Origin: an uncultured Oscillospiraceae bacterium
GTDB taxonomy: Bacteria; Bacillota; Clostridia; Oscillospirales; QAMX01
Assembly: GCA_964515055.1 (NCBI GenBank)
Contig: CAZEUG010000007.1
Coordinates: 2,642-66,641 of the forward strand
DNA: 64,000 nt
Reading direction: 5' to 3'
This document shows, piece by piece, positions 9,200 to 17,541 of this stretch. Made by a program: the position numbers and the translations under genes. Positions within the stretch are counted from its first letter, which is position 1. Each line of letters begins with the position of its first letter. Below the pieces are notes generated by a model. The model did no database searches. It was not told the origin of the DNA and saw only the letters and a list, made by a program, of their open reading frames with translations.

Positions 9200-10459
9200 C
9201 TAATCTGTGAGGCCTTTCAGACCGGCAAAATCGAGTGTTGCAAAATAATCCTTCGGGGTTTCGGCGCGGCGAATCATCGAAACAGAACCGTCTTCATGGA
9301 GCAGCAGCTCAGCTGAGCGCAATTTGCCATTGTAATTGTACCCCATGGAATGCCCGTGCGCCCCTGTATCGTGAATGAAAACGTAGTCGCCGATTGCAAT
9401 TTCGGGCATCTTGCGATCAATGGCGAATTTATCGTTGTTCTCACAGAGCGAACCGGTGACATCGTATGTGTGTGTACAGGGAGCATTTTCCTTGCCAAGC
9501 ACCGTAATATGGTGATAGGCGCCGTACATGGCGGGGCGCATCAGGTTGCAGGCACAGGCATCCAGGCCGATGTAATCCTTATAGGTGCGTTTTTCATGAA
9601 TGACGCGGGAAACCAGTGCGCCGTAGGGCGCGAGCATATACCGTCCAAGCTCCGTATAAATCCGAACATCTGTCATACCGGCCGGCACAAAAATCTCCTC
9701 GTAGACGCGGCGGACGCCGTCTCCGACACGCATGATATCCACGGCTGGCTGATCCGGCAGATACGGGACGCCGATGCCGCCGGAGAGGTTGACAAATTCA
9801 ATTTTCACACCGAGCTTGTCCGATAAATTACGTGCAACCGTGAACAGCTCCCGCGCCAGTGTCGGATAGTATTCCTCGGTCGATGTGTTGCTGGATAAGA
9901 ATGCGTGCAGACCGAAGCGCTTGACACCGCGATCCCGTAAAATACGGATGCCTTCAAATAACTGTTCCGGCGTGAAGCCGTATTTGGCATCGGCCGGTGC
10001 ATTCATGATGGAGTTGCTGATTGAAAAGGTGCCGGGGTTGTAGCGGCAGCTGATGACCTCCGGCAGACCGGCCGCCTGTTCCAAAAAGTCAATATGCGAA
10101 ATGTCGTCCAGATTGATGGTCGCGTTAAGCTTGCGTGCCAATACAAAGTCTTCAGCCGGTGTATCATTGGAGGAAAACATGATGTGGTCACCGGTGATTC
10201 CACAGGCTTCCGACAGCATCAATTCTGTATAGGAGGAGCAATCGGTGCCGCAGCCGACCGATGCCAGCAATTTCAGGATAAAGGGGTTCGGCGTTGCTTT
10301 GACAGCGAAAAATTCGCGATAGCCTGGGTTCCAGGAAAACGCCTGATACAGTTTTTCGGCATTTTTGCGGATGCCTGCTTCGTCATAAATATGAAACGGC
10401 GTCGGATACTGTGCCGCAATTTTCTCGATGATTTCTTTTGTGACAAACGGTGACTTCAT
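9200..10459 (-). CDS. lysA: PLP-dependent decarboxylase, Orn/DAP/Arg decarboxylase family 2 (probable diaminopimelate decarboxylase)
   Basis: ORF 9200..10513; start taken at MKSPFVTKE (ATG 10459). Contains FHIYDE..FFAVKATPNPFILKLL (PLP-lysine region) and a C-terminal beta domain. The substrate assignment is an inference. Confidence 0.72.
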   Translation of the reverse strand: MKSPFVTKEIIEKIAAQYPTPFHIYDEAGIRKNAEKLYQAFSWNPGYREFFAVKATPNPFILKLLASVGCGTDCSSYTELMLSEACGITGDHIMFSSNDTPAEDFVLARKLNATINLDDISHIDFLEQAAGLPEVISCRYNPGTFSISNSIMNAPADAKYGFTPEQLFEGIRILRDRGVKRFGLHAFLSSNTSTEEYYPTLARELFTVARNLSDKLGVKIEFVNLSGGIGVPYLPDQPAVDIMRVGDGVRRVYEEIFVPAGMTDVRIYTELGRYMLAPYGALVSRVIHEKRTYKDYIGLDACACNLMRPAMYGAYHHITVLGKENAPCTHTYDVTGSLCENNDKFAIDRKMPEIAIGDYVFIHDTGAHGHSMGYNYNGKLRSAELLLHEDGSVSMIRRAETPKDYFATLDFAGLKGLTD

Positions 10460-10528
10460 GTAATACCATCCTGTTCTGATTCTGCGTAAATTGGCAAAAA
10501 GCTGCTGTGTCAAATCGATCCAGATTAT

Positions 10529-10557
10529 ATTATACGCAAATTATCAAACACTGTCAA
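10529..10557 (-). promoter_or_regulatory. consensus sigma-A-type promoter for the lysA-nudix-prmA unit
   Basis: The reverse strand reads TTGACA (10557-10552), a 17-nt spacer and TATAAT (10534-10529), an exact 12/12 consensus. The -35 overlaps the stop codon of the upstream symporter gene. Confidence 0.7.
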
Positions 10558-11876
10558 CGTGAATTCAGTACAAGGATTGATTTCTGCTTTTCGTGCTTTA
10601 CCACAGAAATTAACAGAATGCAGACCAGTAGATTTGGAATGGCCATCAAGGCCGTTGCGATATCCGTGACAGCGAACACCGCCCGAAGCCTGGCACCGGC
10701 GCAGAATACCGGAAGGATCGCGTAAATCAACCGGTACATCCGTTTCAGCGTCTGCGAAGAGGAAAAGTACGCCAGGCATTGTTCACCGTAGAACGACCAG
10801 GAGGCCAGTGTTGCTAAAACCAGCAAAACCATTGTAGCGTTGACGATAAATGCACCACAGCCGGGCAGAAAATATGCAAAGGCATCTGTCACGAGCGTGG
10901 TGGCAGAGCGATTGGGAAGCTCACCCGCCATCAAAACGACGAGGGATGTAAACGTGCAAAAGACAACGGTATCCAAAAATGGGCCGGTCATTGAAATAAG
11001 TCCCTGACGATGTGCGCTGGGTTCATTTGTCGCAGAGGCGAGAATGGGCTCTGTCCCCATTCCGGCTTCGTTCGAATAGATGCCACGCGCCATGCCGTAC
11101 CGGATGGCACCACCAACCAGACCGCCGAGCCCGGCGCGGAGAGAAAAAGCATCTTTCAGAATAGACGCAATCGCCATCGGCAGCCGATGGTGGTAGCAGA
11201 TCATGATCCAGATGGATGAGCCGATAAAAAAGATGGACATCACCGGCACGAGAAAGCCGGAAATTCTGGCGATTCGCTTCCCGCCACCCAATAAGGTGAA
11301 ACCGGCAAACAGACTCAAAAAGAGGCCGGTGACGATGGGCGGAATTCCATAGCTCTCCCGTAGTGTACTGCCGAGAGCACCAGAAGGAAGTGCATCTGCC
11401 ATAGTCAGCGAGATCAGAATCCCGGAGGCTGCAAACATGCAGGCCGTTTTCCGATATCCGATATCCCGCATGACATACATGGGGCCACCGTAATGCCCCT
11501 GAGAGGCAGAACGCCTGTGCAGGACGGACAATACGCTTTCGGCATAGCGTGCGGCCATACCCAATAAAGCAGAAACCCACATCCAGAAAATTGCGCCTGC
11601 TCCGCCCAAAAGGATCGCTGAGCTGACGCCAATGATATTGCCGGGTCCCATGACGGCACCGAGAGCGGCCAGTAAGGCTCCAGTGGCGGAAAAACCGTTT
11701 TTGTCATCTGATTTTGGATGGCGCAGATCGGAGCGAATGGCTGCAAATGCCTGGAACAACCCAGTGAACTGAATCCAACGCAGCTGAATGGAAAAAAAGA
11801 GCCCACTCCCAACAAAGAGGCAGAGTGTCGGAATGCCCCATACAACGGCACTAATTTGTTCGAGAAAAGCCGTCAT
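10554..11876 (-). CDS. alanine/glycine:cation symporter (AGCS family)
   Basis: The ORF track extends to 12509, but that extension overlaps nadE in another frame and crosses a terminator. The real start is MTAFLEQISAVVWGIPTLCLFVGSGLFFSIQLRWIQF (ATG 11876) behind GGGGAGG. About 10-11 TM segments, typical AGCS N-terminus. Confidence 0.85.
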   Translation of the reverse strand: MTAFLEQISAVVWGIPTLCLFVGSGLFFSIQLRWIQFTGLFQAFAAIRSDLRHPKSDDKNGFSATGALLAALGAVMGPGNIIGVSSAILLGGAGAIFWMWVSALLGMAARYAESVLSVLHRRSASQGHYGGPMYVMRDIGYRKTACMFAASGILISLTMADALPSGALGSTLRESYGIPPIVTGLFLSLFAGFTLLGGGKRIARISGFLVPVMSIFFIGSSIWIMICYHHRLPMAIASILKDAFSLRAGLGGLVGGAIRYGMARGIYSNEAGMGTEPILASATNEPSAHRQGLISMTGPFLDTVVFCTFTSLVVLMAGELPNRSATTLVTDAFAYFLPGCGAFIVNATMVLLVLATLASWSFYGEQCLAYFSSSQTLKRMYRLIYAILPVFCAGARLRAVFAVTDIATALMAIPNLLVCILLISVVKHEKQKSILVLNSR

Positions 11877-12014
11877 TGAACAAACCTCCCCATGAATTTC
11901 TAAACCGAAAATCCTATTGGATGTGTATGCGCCACCCTTGCAAATATGCGTTGAAATCCATTCGTGGAACGCTGTCCCCTGCCGGATATCCGTCTGTTTC
12001 GAATGAAAAGACGG

Positions 12015-12054
12015 GTTGAAAAAAGAGTATGTTTCTGGTGAAACATACTCTTTT
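12015..12054 (-). terminator. intrinsic terminator after nadE
   Basis: 15-bp stem aaaagagtatgtttc / gaaacatactctttt with loop tggt. The reverse strand ends in a TTTTTT run. Confidence 0.7.
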
Positions 12055-12063
12055 TCAATCAAA

Positions 12064-13998
12064 TCATTTCGTTCTGCTTTGAGCTTCCTGATCCAGCCGA
12101 TCCAGCTCGGCCATCCAGAGCGATGCGAACGCATCACTTGGCATCCGCCAGTCGCCACGCGGCGAAAGGGAAAGTGAGCCAACCTTCGGCCCATCCGGCA
12201 AACAGGAGCGCTTGAATTGCTGCGAGAAGAAACGGCGGTAGAAATTGTGGAGCCAGTACCGCAAAGTTGAGTCATTGAATTCGTTGGCAAAGGCATCGCG
12301 GGCGATGCGAAGTACTTTGGCCGGGTCATATCCGCGCCGAATGCAGTAAAACAGGTAGAAGTCATGTAGCAGGTATGGCCCCACCAATTCCTCTGTTTTC
12401 TGAGCAATTTCTTCCCCATTGCCCGGCAGCAGCTCCGGACTGACCGGTGTATCCAGAATGTCCCGCAAGACCGATGCCAGCTGCGGATTGTCTGCGGCAG
12501 CGGCTTCATGCGCGACGAGATGACGAATCAACGTTTTGGGTACGGATGCATTGACGCCGTACATCGACATATGATCTCCGTTATAGGTCGCCCAGCCAAG
12601 CGCCAGCTCACTCAAATCGCCGGTGCCGACGACTAGGCCGCCCTGCTCGTTAGCCAGATCCATGAGCACCTGCGTGCGTTCACGTGCCTGTGCATTTTCA
12701 AAGACGACATTGTGGTTATCCGGATCGTGTTCGATATCTGCAAAATGGCGGGAGACCGATTCGGCGATGTTGATCGTCTTTGCGGGTATGCCGAGGAGCT
12801 GACAAAGCGTAACCGCGTTGTTTTTGGTTCGGGCGGTCGTGCCGAAGCACGGCATGGTGACAGCCGTGATCTCCGTGACCGGACGATTGAGCAAGGACAT
12901 GGCGCGGACTGCAACCAGAAGAGCCAGGCAGGAATCCAAACCACCGGAAATCCCGATCACCAGAGACTTGGCAGATGTGTGCCGAACGCGGCGGGCAAGG
13001 CCATGCGCCTGAATTTGCAGGATGTCTTCACAGCGCCGCTGGCGAAGGACGGGATCCTGAGGGACAAACGGTTCCTTCGCAAAGTGTCTGGAAAGTGGTG
13101 TCGGATGGATTTGCAGATCAAATGCAATCTTCTCATATCCCGTCGTATCAACCTGATGCGAGGAAATTCTCCGACGTTCTGCGGCGAGATAGGCTACATC
13201 GATTTCACTCATTGCAAAACCGCGATCAAATGGAGTGGTTTCGGCCAGAATGGAGCCGTTTTCGCCGATCAGATGATGCGCGGCAAAAACCATATCAGTT
13301 GTAGATTCGTCCTCTCCGGCATCCGCGTAGACATACCCGCAGAGCAGCCGGGCAGACTGCGAGGAAACCAGCATACGACGGTAATCGCTCTTGCCGACCG
13401 TTTCGTTGCTGGCAGACAGATTGCAGATGATGGTGGCGCCGGCACGGGCGTGTCTGATGGACGGCGGAGCTGCGACCCACAAATCTTCACAGATTTCAAC
13501 GCCGACCTGCAACTCCGAAAGCTGCAGCGCACAAAAGAGCAGATGCGTGCCGAAGGGAACCGTTTGACCGTTGACCGTGATCTGAGCATTGTCAGCAGGA
13601 GCGGGTGAAAAATAGCGCGGTTCGAAAAACTCCGCATAGTCCGGCAGATGGGTCTTTGGAACGATACCGAGAAGATGACCATCAAACAGTACAGCGGCAC
13701 AGTTATACAGCTTCTGGTTGTTTGCAATGGGAAGGCCGACCAGCACCAGCAGATTTTTACCACGTGTCGACGCTGTAATCCGTTCCAGCGCGTGCAGTGC
13801 CCCCTGCAAAAGGGTCTGCTGCAAAAAAAGATCCCCACAGGTGTACCCGGTGATGCACAATTCCGGAAGCGTCAAAACCGATACCTGGGATTGTACAGCC
13901 TGATCAATTGCATCAATGATTCTGTCGGCGTTGTACGCGCAATCGGCAACGCGCAACGCCGGAGAAAACGCAGCAACACGAACAAATCCGTTCTGCAT
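12064..13998 (-). CDS. nadE: glutamine-dependent NAD+ synthetase
   Basis: ORF 12064..14070; start taken at MQNGFVRVAAFSPALRVADCAYN (ATG 13998). N-terminal CN-hydrolase domain plus a C-terminal PP-loop GISGGLDSCLALLVA. Confidence 0.9.
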   Translation of the reverse strand: MQNGFVRVAAFSPALRVADCAYNADRIIDAIDQAVQSQVSVLTLPELCITGYTCGDLFLQQTLLQGALHALERITASTRGKNLLVLVGLPIANNQKLYNCAAVLFDGHLLGIVPKTHLPDYAEFFEPRYFSPAPADNAQITVNGQTVPFGTHLLFCALQLSELQVGVEICEDLWVAAPPSIRHARAGATIICNLSASNETVGKSDYRRMLVSSQSARLLCGYVYADAGEDESTTDMVFAAHHLIGENGSILAETTPFDRGFAMSEIDVAYLAAERRRISSHQVDTTGYEKIAFDLQIHPTPLSRHFAKEPFVPQDPVLRQRRCEDILQIQAHGLARRVRHTSAKSLVIGISGGLDSCLALLVAVRAMSLLNRPVTEITAVTMPCFGTTARTKNNAVTLCQLLGIPAKTINIAESVSRHFADIEHDPDNHNVVFENAQARERTQVLMDLANEQGGLVVGTGDLSELALGWATYNGDHMSMYGVNASVPKTLIRHLVAHEAAAADNPQLASVLRDILDTPVSPELLPGNGEEIAQKTEELVGPYLLHDFYLFYCIRRGYDPAKVLRIARDAFANEFNDSTLRYWLHNFYRRFFSQQFKRSCLPDGPKVGSLSLSPRGDWRMPSDAFASLWMAELDRLDQEAQSRTK

Positions 13999-14063
13999 AA
14001 AAAACCTCCGTTGATGGTTCACATTCATTTGAAAAATATGGGTATTCGATCGGTATACGTAGA

Positions 14064-14095
14064 AAAACACCGACTTTCAAAAAAGTCGGTGTTTT
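14064..14095 (-). terminator. intrinsic terminator directly after tRNA-Ala
   Basis: 13-bp stem aaaacaccgactt / aagtcggtgtttt with a 6-nt loop. A/T runs on both sides make it potentially bidirectional. Confidence 0.7.
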
Positions 14096-14096
14096 C

Positions 14097-14172
<76 letters not shown>

Positions 14173-14213
14173 ATGAACATTTTGAATGTCGAGCACTGCG
14201 CTCAACGAGGTAT

Positions 14214-14242
14214 ATTATACCAGATATCATTTCGTTTGTCAA
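14214..14242 (-). promoter_or_regulatory. consensus sigma-A-type promoter for tRNA-Ala
   Basis: The reverse strand reads TTGACA (14242-14237), a 17-nt spacer and TATAAT (14219-14214) preceded by TGG. It lies ~35 nt upstream of the mature 5' end. Confidence 0.65.
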
Positions 14243-14263
14243 GCCTCAAACGAAAATTTCTTC

Positions 14264-14308
14264 AAAAAAATTTCTGCCCGCCACGCGGATGAGCGAAGGC
14301 GGGCAGAA
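14264..14308 (-). terminator. intrinsic terminator after dapB
   Basis: 11-bp GC-rich stem ttctgcccgcc / ggcgggcagaa, followed on the reverse strand by TTTTTTT. Confidence 0.75.
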
Positions 14309-14317
14309 TTCGCATTC

Positions 14318-15076
14318 TTACTCGTTGGAAAGAACGTCATTCATCGAATACAGACGCTTTTCCTGAACCGAAGCCATGTACTGTGCTGCGCGCAGTGCGC
14401 CGGATGCAAACACTTCCCGACTGGATACGCTGTGCGACAGTGTAATCACCTCATTATATCCGGCAAAAATCACATCGTGATCGCCGCAAATGGTGCCGCC
14501 GCGGATGGAATGGATGCCGATTTCATCTTTGGAGCGGGGTTTGCGGACGGAATGCCGATCATAAACGTATTGTTTGCCGTCATCAAATGCTGAAGCGGCG
14601 GCGTCCGCAAGCATCAGCGCAGTGCCGCTGGGTGCATCGAGCTTTTGATTGTGATGCTTTTCGACGATTTCGATATCAAACTGGGTGCCGAGAATCGCAG
14701 CGGCCTTTTGCGTCAGCATGGCCAACAGATTCACACCGAGTGACATATTGGCTGATCGAAACAGCGGCACCTGTTTCGATGCTTCCTGAATGGCCTGAAG
14801 GTCGTCCTCCGTGTAGCCAGTGGTTGCCAGAATGGCCGGAATCTGATGTTCAACTGCGTAGTGCAGGATAGACGGCAATGCGGATACATGTGAGAAGTCA
14901 ATGATCACATCGGCCGTCCCGGTGTATTCTGCAATGTCCTTGTAAACCGGGAAGCTGGAAGACGGTTGGCAAACCCGATCAACGCCTGCAACGATGACGG
15001 CATCGTATGTGTCTACGATGGAAGCGATGGCATGTCCCATACGCCCGTTGCAGCCGGATAAAATGATTTGAATCAT
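14318..15076 (-). CDS. dapB: 4-hydroxy-tetrahydrodipicolinate reductase
   Basis: ORF 14318..15100; start taken at MIQIILSGCNGRMG. Contains EKHHNQKLDAPSGTA. Confidence 0.9.
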   Translation of the reverse strand: MIQIILSGCNGRMGHAIASIVDTYDAVIVAGVDRVCQPSSSFPVYKDIAEYTGTADVIIDFSHVSALPSILHYAVEHQIPAILATTGYTEDDLQAIQEASKQVPLFRSANMSLGVNLLAMLTQKAAAILGTQFDIEIVEKHHNQKLDAPSGTALMLADAAASAFDDGKQYVYDRHSVRKPRSKDEIGIHSIRGGTICGDHDVIFAGYNEVITLSHSVSSREVFASGALRAAQYMASVQEKRLYSMNDVLSNE

Positions 15077-15122
15077 GGAAAAACCTGCCTTATCTGTCAA
15101 AGTAGAATCGTGAGAACAGAGA

Positions 15123-15158
15123 CAAGCCGCTCTGAGCTATCACCTACAGAGCGGCTTG
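15123..15158 (-). other. perfect 12-bp intercistronic hairpin between dapA and dapB
   Basis: caagccgctctg / cagagcggcttg with a 12-nt loop. It is followed on the reverse strand by the pyrimidine-rich TCTCTGTTCTC. Confidence 0.6.
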
Positions 15159-15163
15159 CACCG

Positions 15164-16054
15164 TTATTGTAAGAGACCCGTTCTGCGCAGTGTCTGCTCA
15201 AGCAACGCCTTGTTGGCGGCACCCATTTCACACAGCGGCAGACGCATGGAGGAAGAACAGAGCCCCATCATGCCCATTGCGGTTTTGACCGGAATCGGGT
15301 TGACTTCCAGGAAGAGATTGTGCATCAGATCGTAATTCTCGATCTGGAGGTCTTTGGCGGTCTGATAGTCGCCACGAAAGAAGCTCTGGCAAAGATTTGA
15401 CATAAGCCGGGGTGCCACGTTGGAAACGACCGAGATGACACCCTTTCCGCCGAGCGCCAGAATCGGGACGACCTGATCATCATTGCCGCTCCAGATATTC
15501 AGCTCATCGCCGCAGAGATGACGGGTATGAGCAATCAGAGAAAAGTCCCCTGACGCTTCCTTGACGCCGTTGATCATCGGGTGCTTGGAGAGCTCATAAT
15601 ACGTGTCTGCGTGGATGGATAATCCGGTACGGGAAGGAACATTGTAGAGGATCATCGGGACGTGGACGCGATCTGCCAGATATGTGAAGTGGCGAATGAG
15701 ACCGGCCTGTGTGGTTTTGTTATAATACGGAGTGACCTGAAGAAGTGCATCTGCGCCGACATCTTCAGCAAACAGCGAGAGCTGCAGCGAATAAGCCGTA
15801 TCGTTGGAGCCGGTACCGGCAATGACCGGGATTCGACCATTCACAACCTTGACGCAGAAGCGGATGCATTCTTTGTGTTCTTCGTCTGTTAAGGCAGCAG
15901 CCTCACCGGTTGTTCCGCAAATCGTAATACAATTGGTGCCACCGGCGATTTGCAGCTCGATCAATTCCTCGAGCTTGGCATAATCGACCGAATAGTCATC
16001 GCGAAAAGGCGTTACAAGAGCAACACTGGCTCCGGTAAATACTGGCTTTTTCAT
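15164..16054 (-). CDS. dapA: 4-hydroxy-tetrahydrodipicolinate synthase
   Basis: 296 aa with VALVTPF, CGTTGEAAALT and the Schiff-base lysine region INGVKEASGD. Confidence 0.92.
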   Translation of the reverse strand: MKKPVFTGASVALVTPFRDDYSVDYAKLEELIELQIAGGTNCITICGTTGEAAALTDEEHKECIRFCVKVVNGRIPVIAGTGSNDTAYSLQLSLFAEDVGADALLQVTPYYNKTTQAGLIRHFTYLADRVHVPMILYNVPSRTGLSIHADTYYELSKHPMINGVKEASGDFSLIAHTRHLCGDELNIWSGNDDQVVPILALGGKGVISVVSNVAPRLMSNLCQSFFRGDYQTAKDLQIENYDLMHNLFLEVNPIPVKTAMGMMGLCSSSMRLPLCEMGAANKALLEQTLRRTGLLQ

Positions 16055-16141
16055 ATTATCACCTGTTTATCCTTTTGGATAAACCTCCTTTTTTAAGAAT
16101 AACAGGACTTATCCCCTGCTGCTGAGAAACGGTTTGGATGC

Positions 16142-17236
16142 TTATTGGGCGGCTCTCTTGACGACGTAGCCCTTTGCGCAAAGCAATTCGGCCATCAGGA
16201 CACCGCCGCCGGCTGCACCGCGGAGTGTATTATGAGAAAGACAGACAAACTTGATGGTGTACTGCGAGTCTTCGCGCAGACGACCAATGGAGACGGCCAT
16301 ACCGTTTTCGAGCATACGATCCAAACCGGTCTGCGGTCTGTTGTCTTCTTCGAAATAGTGGAGGAACTGTTTCGGTGCGCTGGGCAGATTCAGGCGCTGT
16401 GCTTCGCCCTGGTAGGAACACCAGCGGGCTTTGATGGCATCCAGGCCGGGGTTGTTCTGCAGCTTGACAAAAACCGCAGCCAAATGGCCGTCGCTGACCG
16501 GAACGCGAATGCACTGTGTGGTGATCGGAACACGATTGGAGGGAACGATCACGCCGTTTTCAATGGTTCCCCAGATCTTCCCCGGTTCTTTCTCACTTTT
16601 TTCCTCTTCGCCGCCGATAAAGGGAATCACGTTATCGACCATTTCGGGCCATGTATTGAAATTCTTTCCGGCACCGGAAATTGCCTGATAGGTGCAGGCC
16701 AGAGCGCGTTCAACGCCCAGATCCAGCAGCGGATGAATGGCAGGTACATAGCTCTGCAGGGAGCAATTCGATTTGACAGCAATGAAGCCGGTGGAGGTTC
16801 CCAGCCGTTTCCTCTGCGCATGAATAATCTCAGCGTGTTCAGCGTTGATTTCGGGAACAATCATCGGGACATCCGGCGTGAAACGGTTGGCCGAGTTGTT
16901 GGACATAACCGGGCAGCCGAGCCTGGCATACGCTTCTTCCAGTGCTTTGATTTCGTCCTTCTTCATATCGACGGCGCAGAAGACAAAATCAACGGAGGAT
17001 GCGATTTCCTCCATATCGGCGATGGCGTCCCGAACGATAATATTCGCGAACGCCTCGGGCATGGGTGTATTCAGCAGCCAGCGTTTACCGGCGGCTTCGC
17101 GATAGGTTTTCCCTGCGGAACGCGCACTTGCAGCCAGCGTGGTCACTTCAAACCACGGATGTCCGTCCAACAGTGTTGCAAAGCGCTGACCGACCATTCC
17201 GGTTGCACCGATAATACCAACTTTGTATTTGTCCAT
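16142..17236 (-). CDS. asd: aspartate-semialdehyde dehydrogenase
   Basis: 364 aa with GIIGATGMVGQRF (NADP binding) and an active-site Cys region AVKSNCSLQ. Confidence 0.9.
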   Translation of the reverse strand: MDKYKVGIIGATGMVGQRFATLLDGHPWFEVTTLAASARSAGKTYREAAGKRWLLNTPMPEAFANIIVRDAIADMEEIASSVDFVFCAVDMKKDEIKALEEAYARLGCPVMSNNSANRFTPDVPMIVPEINAEHAEIIHAQRKRLGTSTGFIAVKSNCSLQSYVPAIHPLLDLGVERALACTYQAISGAGKNFNTWPEMVDNVIPFIGGEEEKSEKEPGKIWGTIENGVIVPSNRVPITTQCIRVPVSDGHLAAVFVKLQNNPGLDAIKARWCSYQGEAQRLNLPSAPKQFLHYFEEDNRPQTGLDRMLENGMAVSIGRLREDSQYTIKFVCLSHNTLRGAAGGGVLMAELLCAKGYVVKRAAQ

Positions 17237-17362
17237 TCAAAAAACATCCCTTCGTTGCCGGTGTTTTCACCGGCAGATGATCTGATTCGGATTCGAGCTG
17301 ATCAAAACAGCTTTCCTCTGTACTCTGTCAAATGTAAAATCTCAGGAAACGGTTTTTCTGCC

Positions 17363-17391
17363 TTGAAATGCTGCTGAATATCGTGTATAAT
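17363..17391 (+). promoter_or_regulatory. putative sigma-A-type promoter reading toward the SpoIID-like gene
   Basis: TTGAAA (17363-17368), 17-nt spacer, TATAAT (17386-17391). Confidence 0.5.
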
Positions 17392-17449
17392 ATAGATTGA
17401 TTCGCAGGGGATTCGACAGAATCTGCCGTTGCTTTCCAGATTACTTTAT

Positions 17450-17478
17450 ATTATAACAAACTGCTTTTCTACTGTCAA
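17450..17478 (-). promoter_or_regulatory. consensus sigma-A-type promoter reading toward asd-dapA-dapB
   Basis: The reverse strand reads TTGACA (17478-17473), a 17-nt spacer and TGTTATAAT (TATAAT = 17455-17450). It lies ~207 nt upstream of the asd ATG. Confidence 0.65.
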
Positions 17479-17541
17479 CCGCTGTCCTTCGGAACAGCCG
17501 AAAAAAATCGCGATTGACTGCATTTTTACGGAGGTACTATC

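Noticed and set aside
11877-12012. Possible glycine riboswitch in the 136-nt region upstream of the AGCS symporter (these carriers are often glycine-riboswitch controlled).
   Set aside because: I could not find the conserved cores (GGAGAG..ACCGAAGGGGCAA..CTCAGGCAAAAGGAC). Only a small hairpin and a 10-bp palindrome CGGATATCCG (11983-11992) are present, and ~60 palindromes of that length are expected by chance in 64 kb. A cmscan run would settle it.
11877-12509. N-terminal 211-codon extension of the AGCS symporter ORF (track entry 10554-12509).
   Set aside because: The extension overlaps the 3' end of nadE in another frame and runs through the nadE terminator (12015-12054). A good RBS and a typical AGCS N-terminus occur at the ATG at 11876.
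17286-17297. Shared 12-mer CTCGAATCCGAA in two 5' leaders (asd leader, reverse strand 17286-17297; symporter leader 26070-26081); a possible common regulatory motif.
   Set aside because: Identical 12-mer pairs are expected by the hundreds in 64 kb on both strands, and about one is expected even within the ~4 kb of intergenic DNA. There is no flanking similarity.
17237-17449. Lysine (L-box) riboswitch in the asd-dapA-dapB leader.
   Set aside because: No AGAGGNGC, GCCGAAG or GGAGAGCT cores are visible on the transcribed strand. The leader is kept only as an unexplained long leader in the findings.
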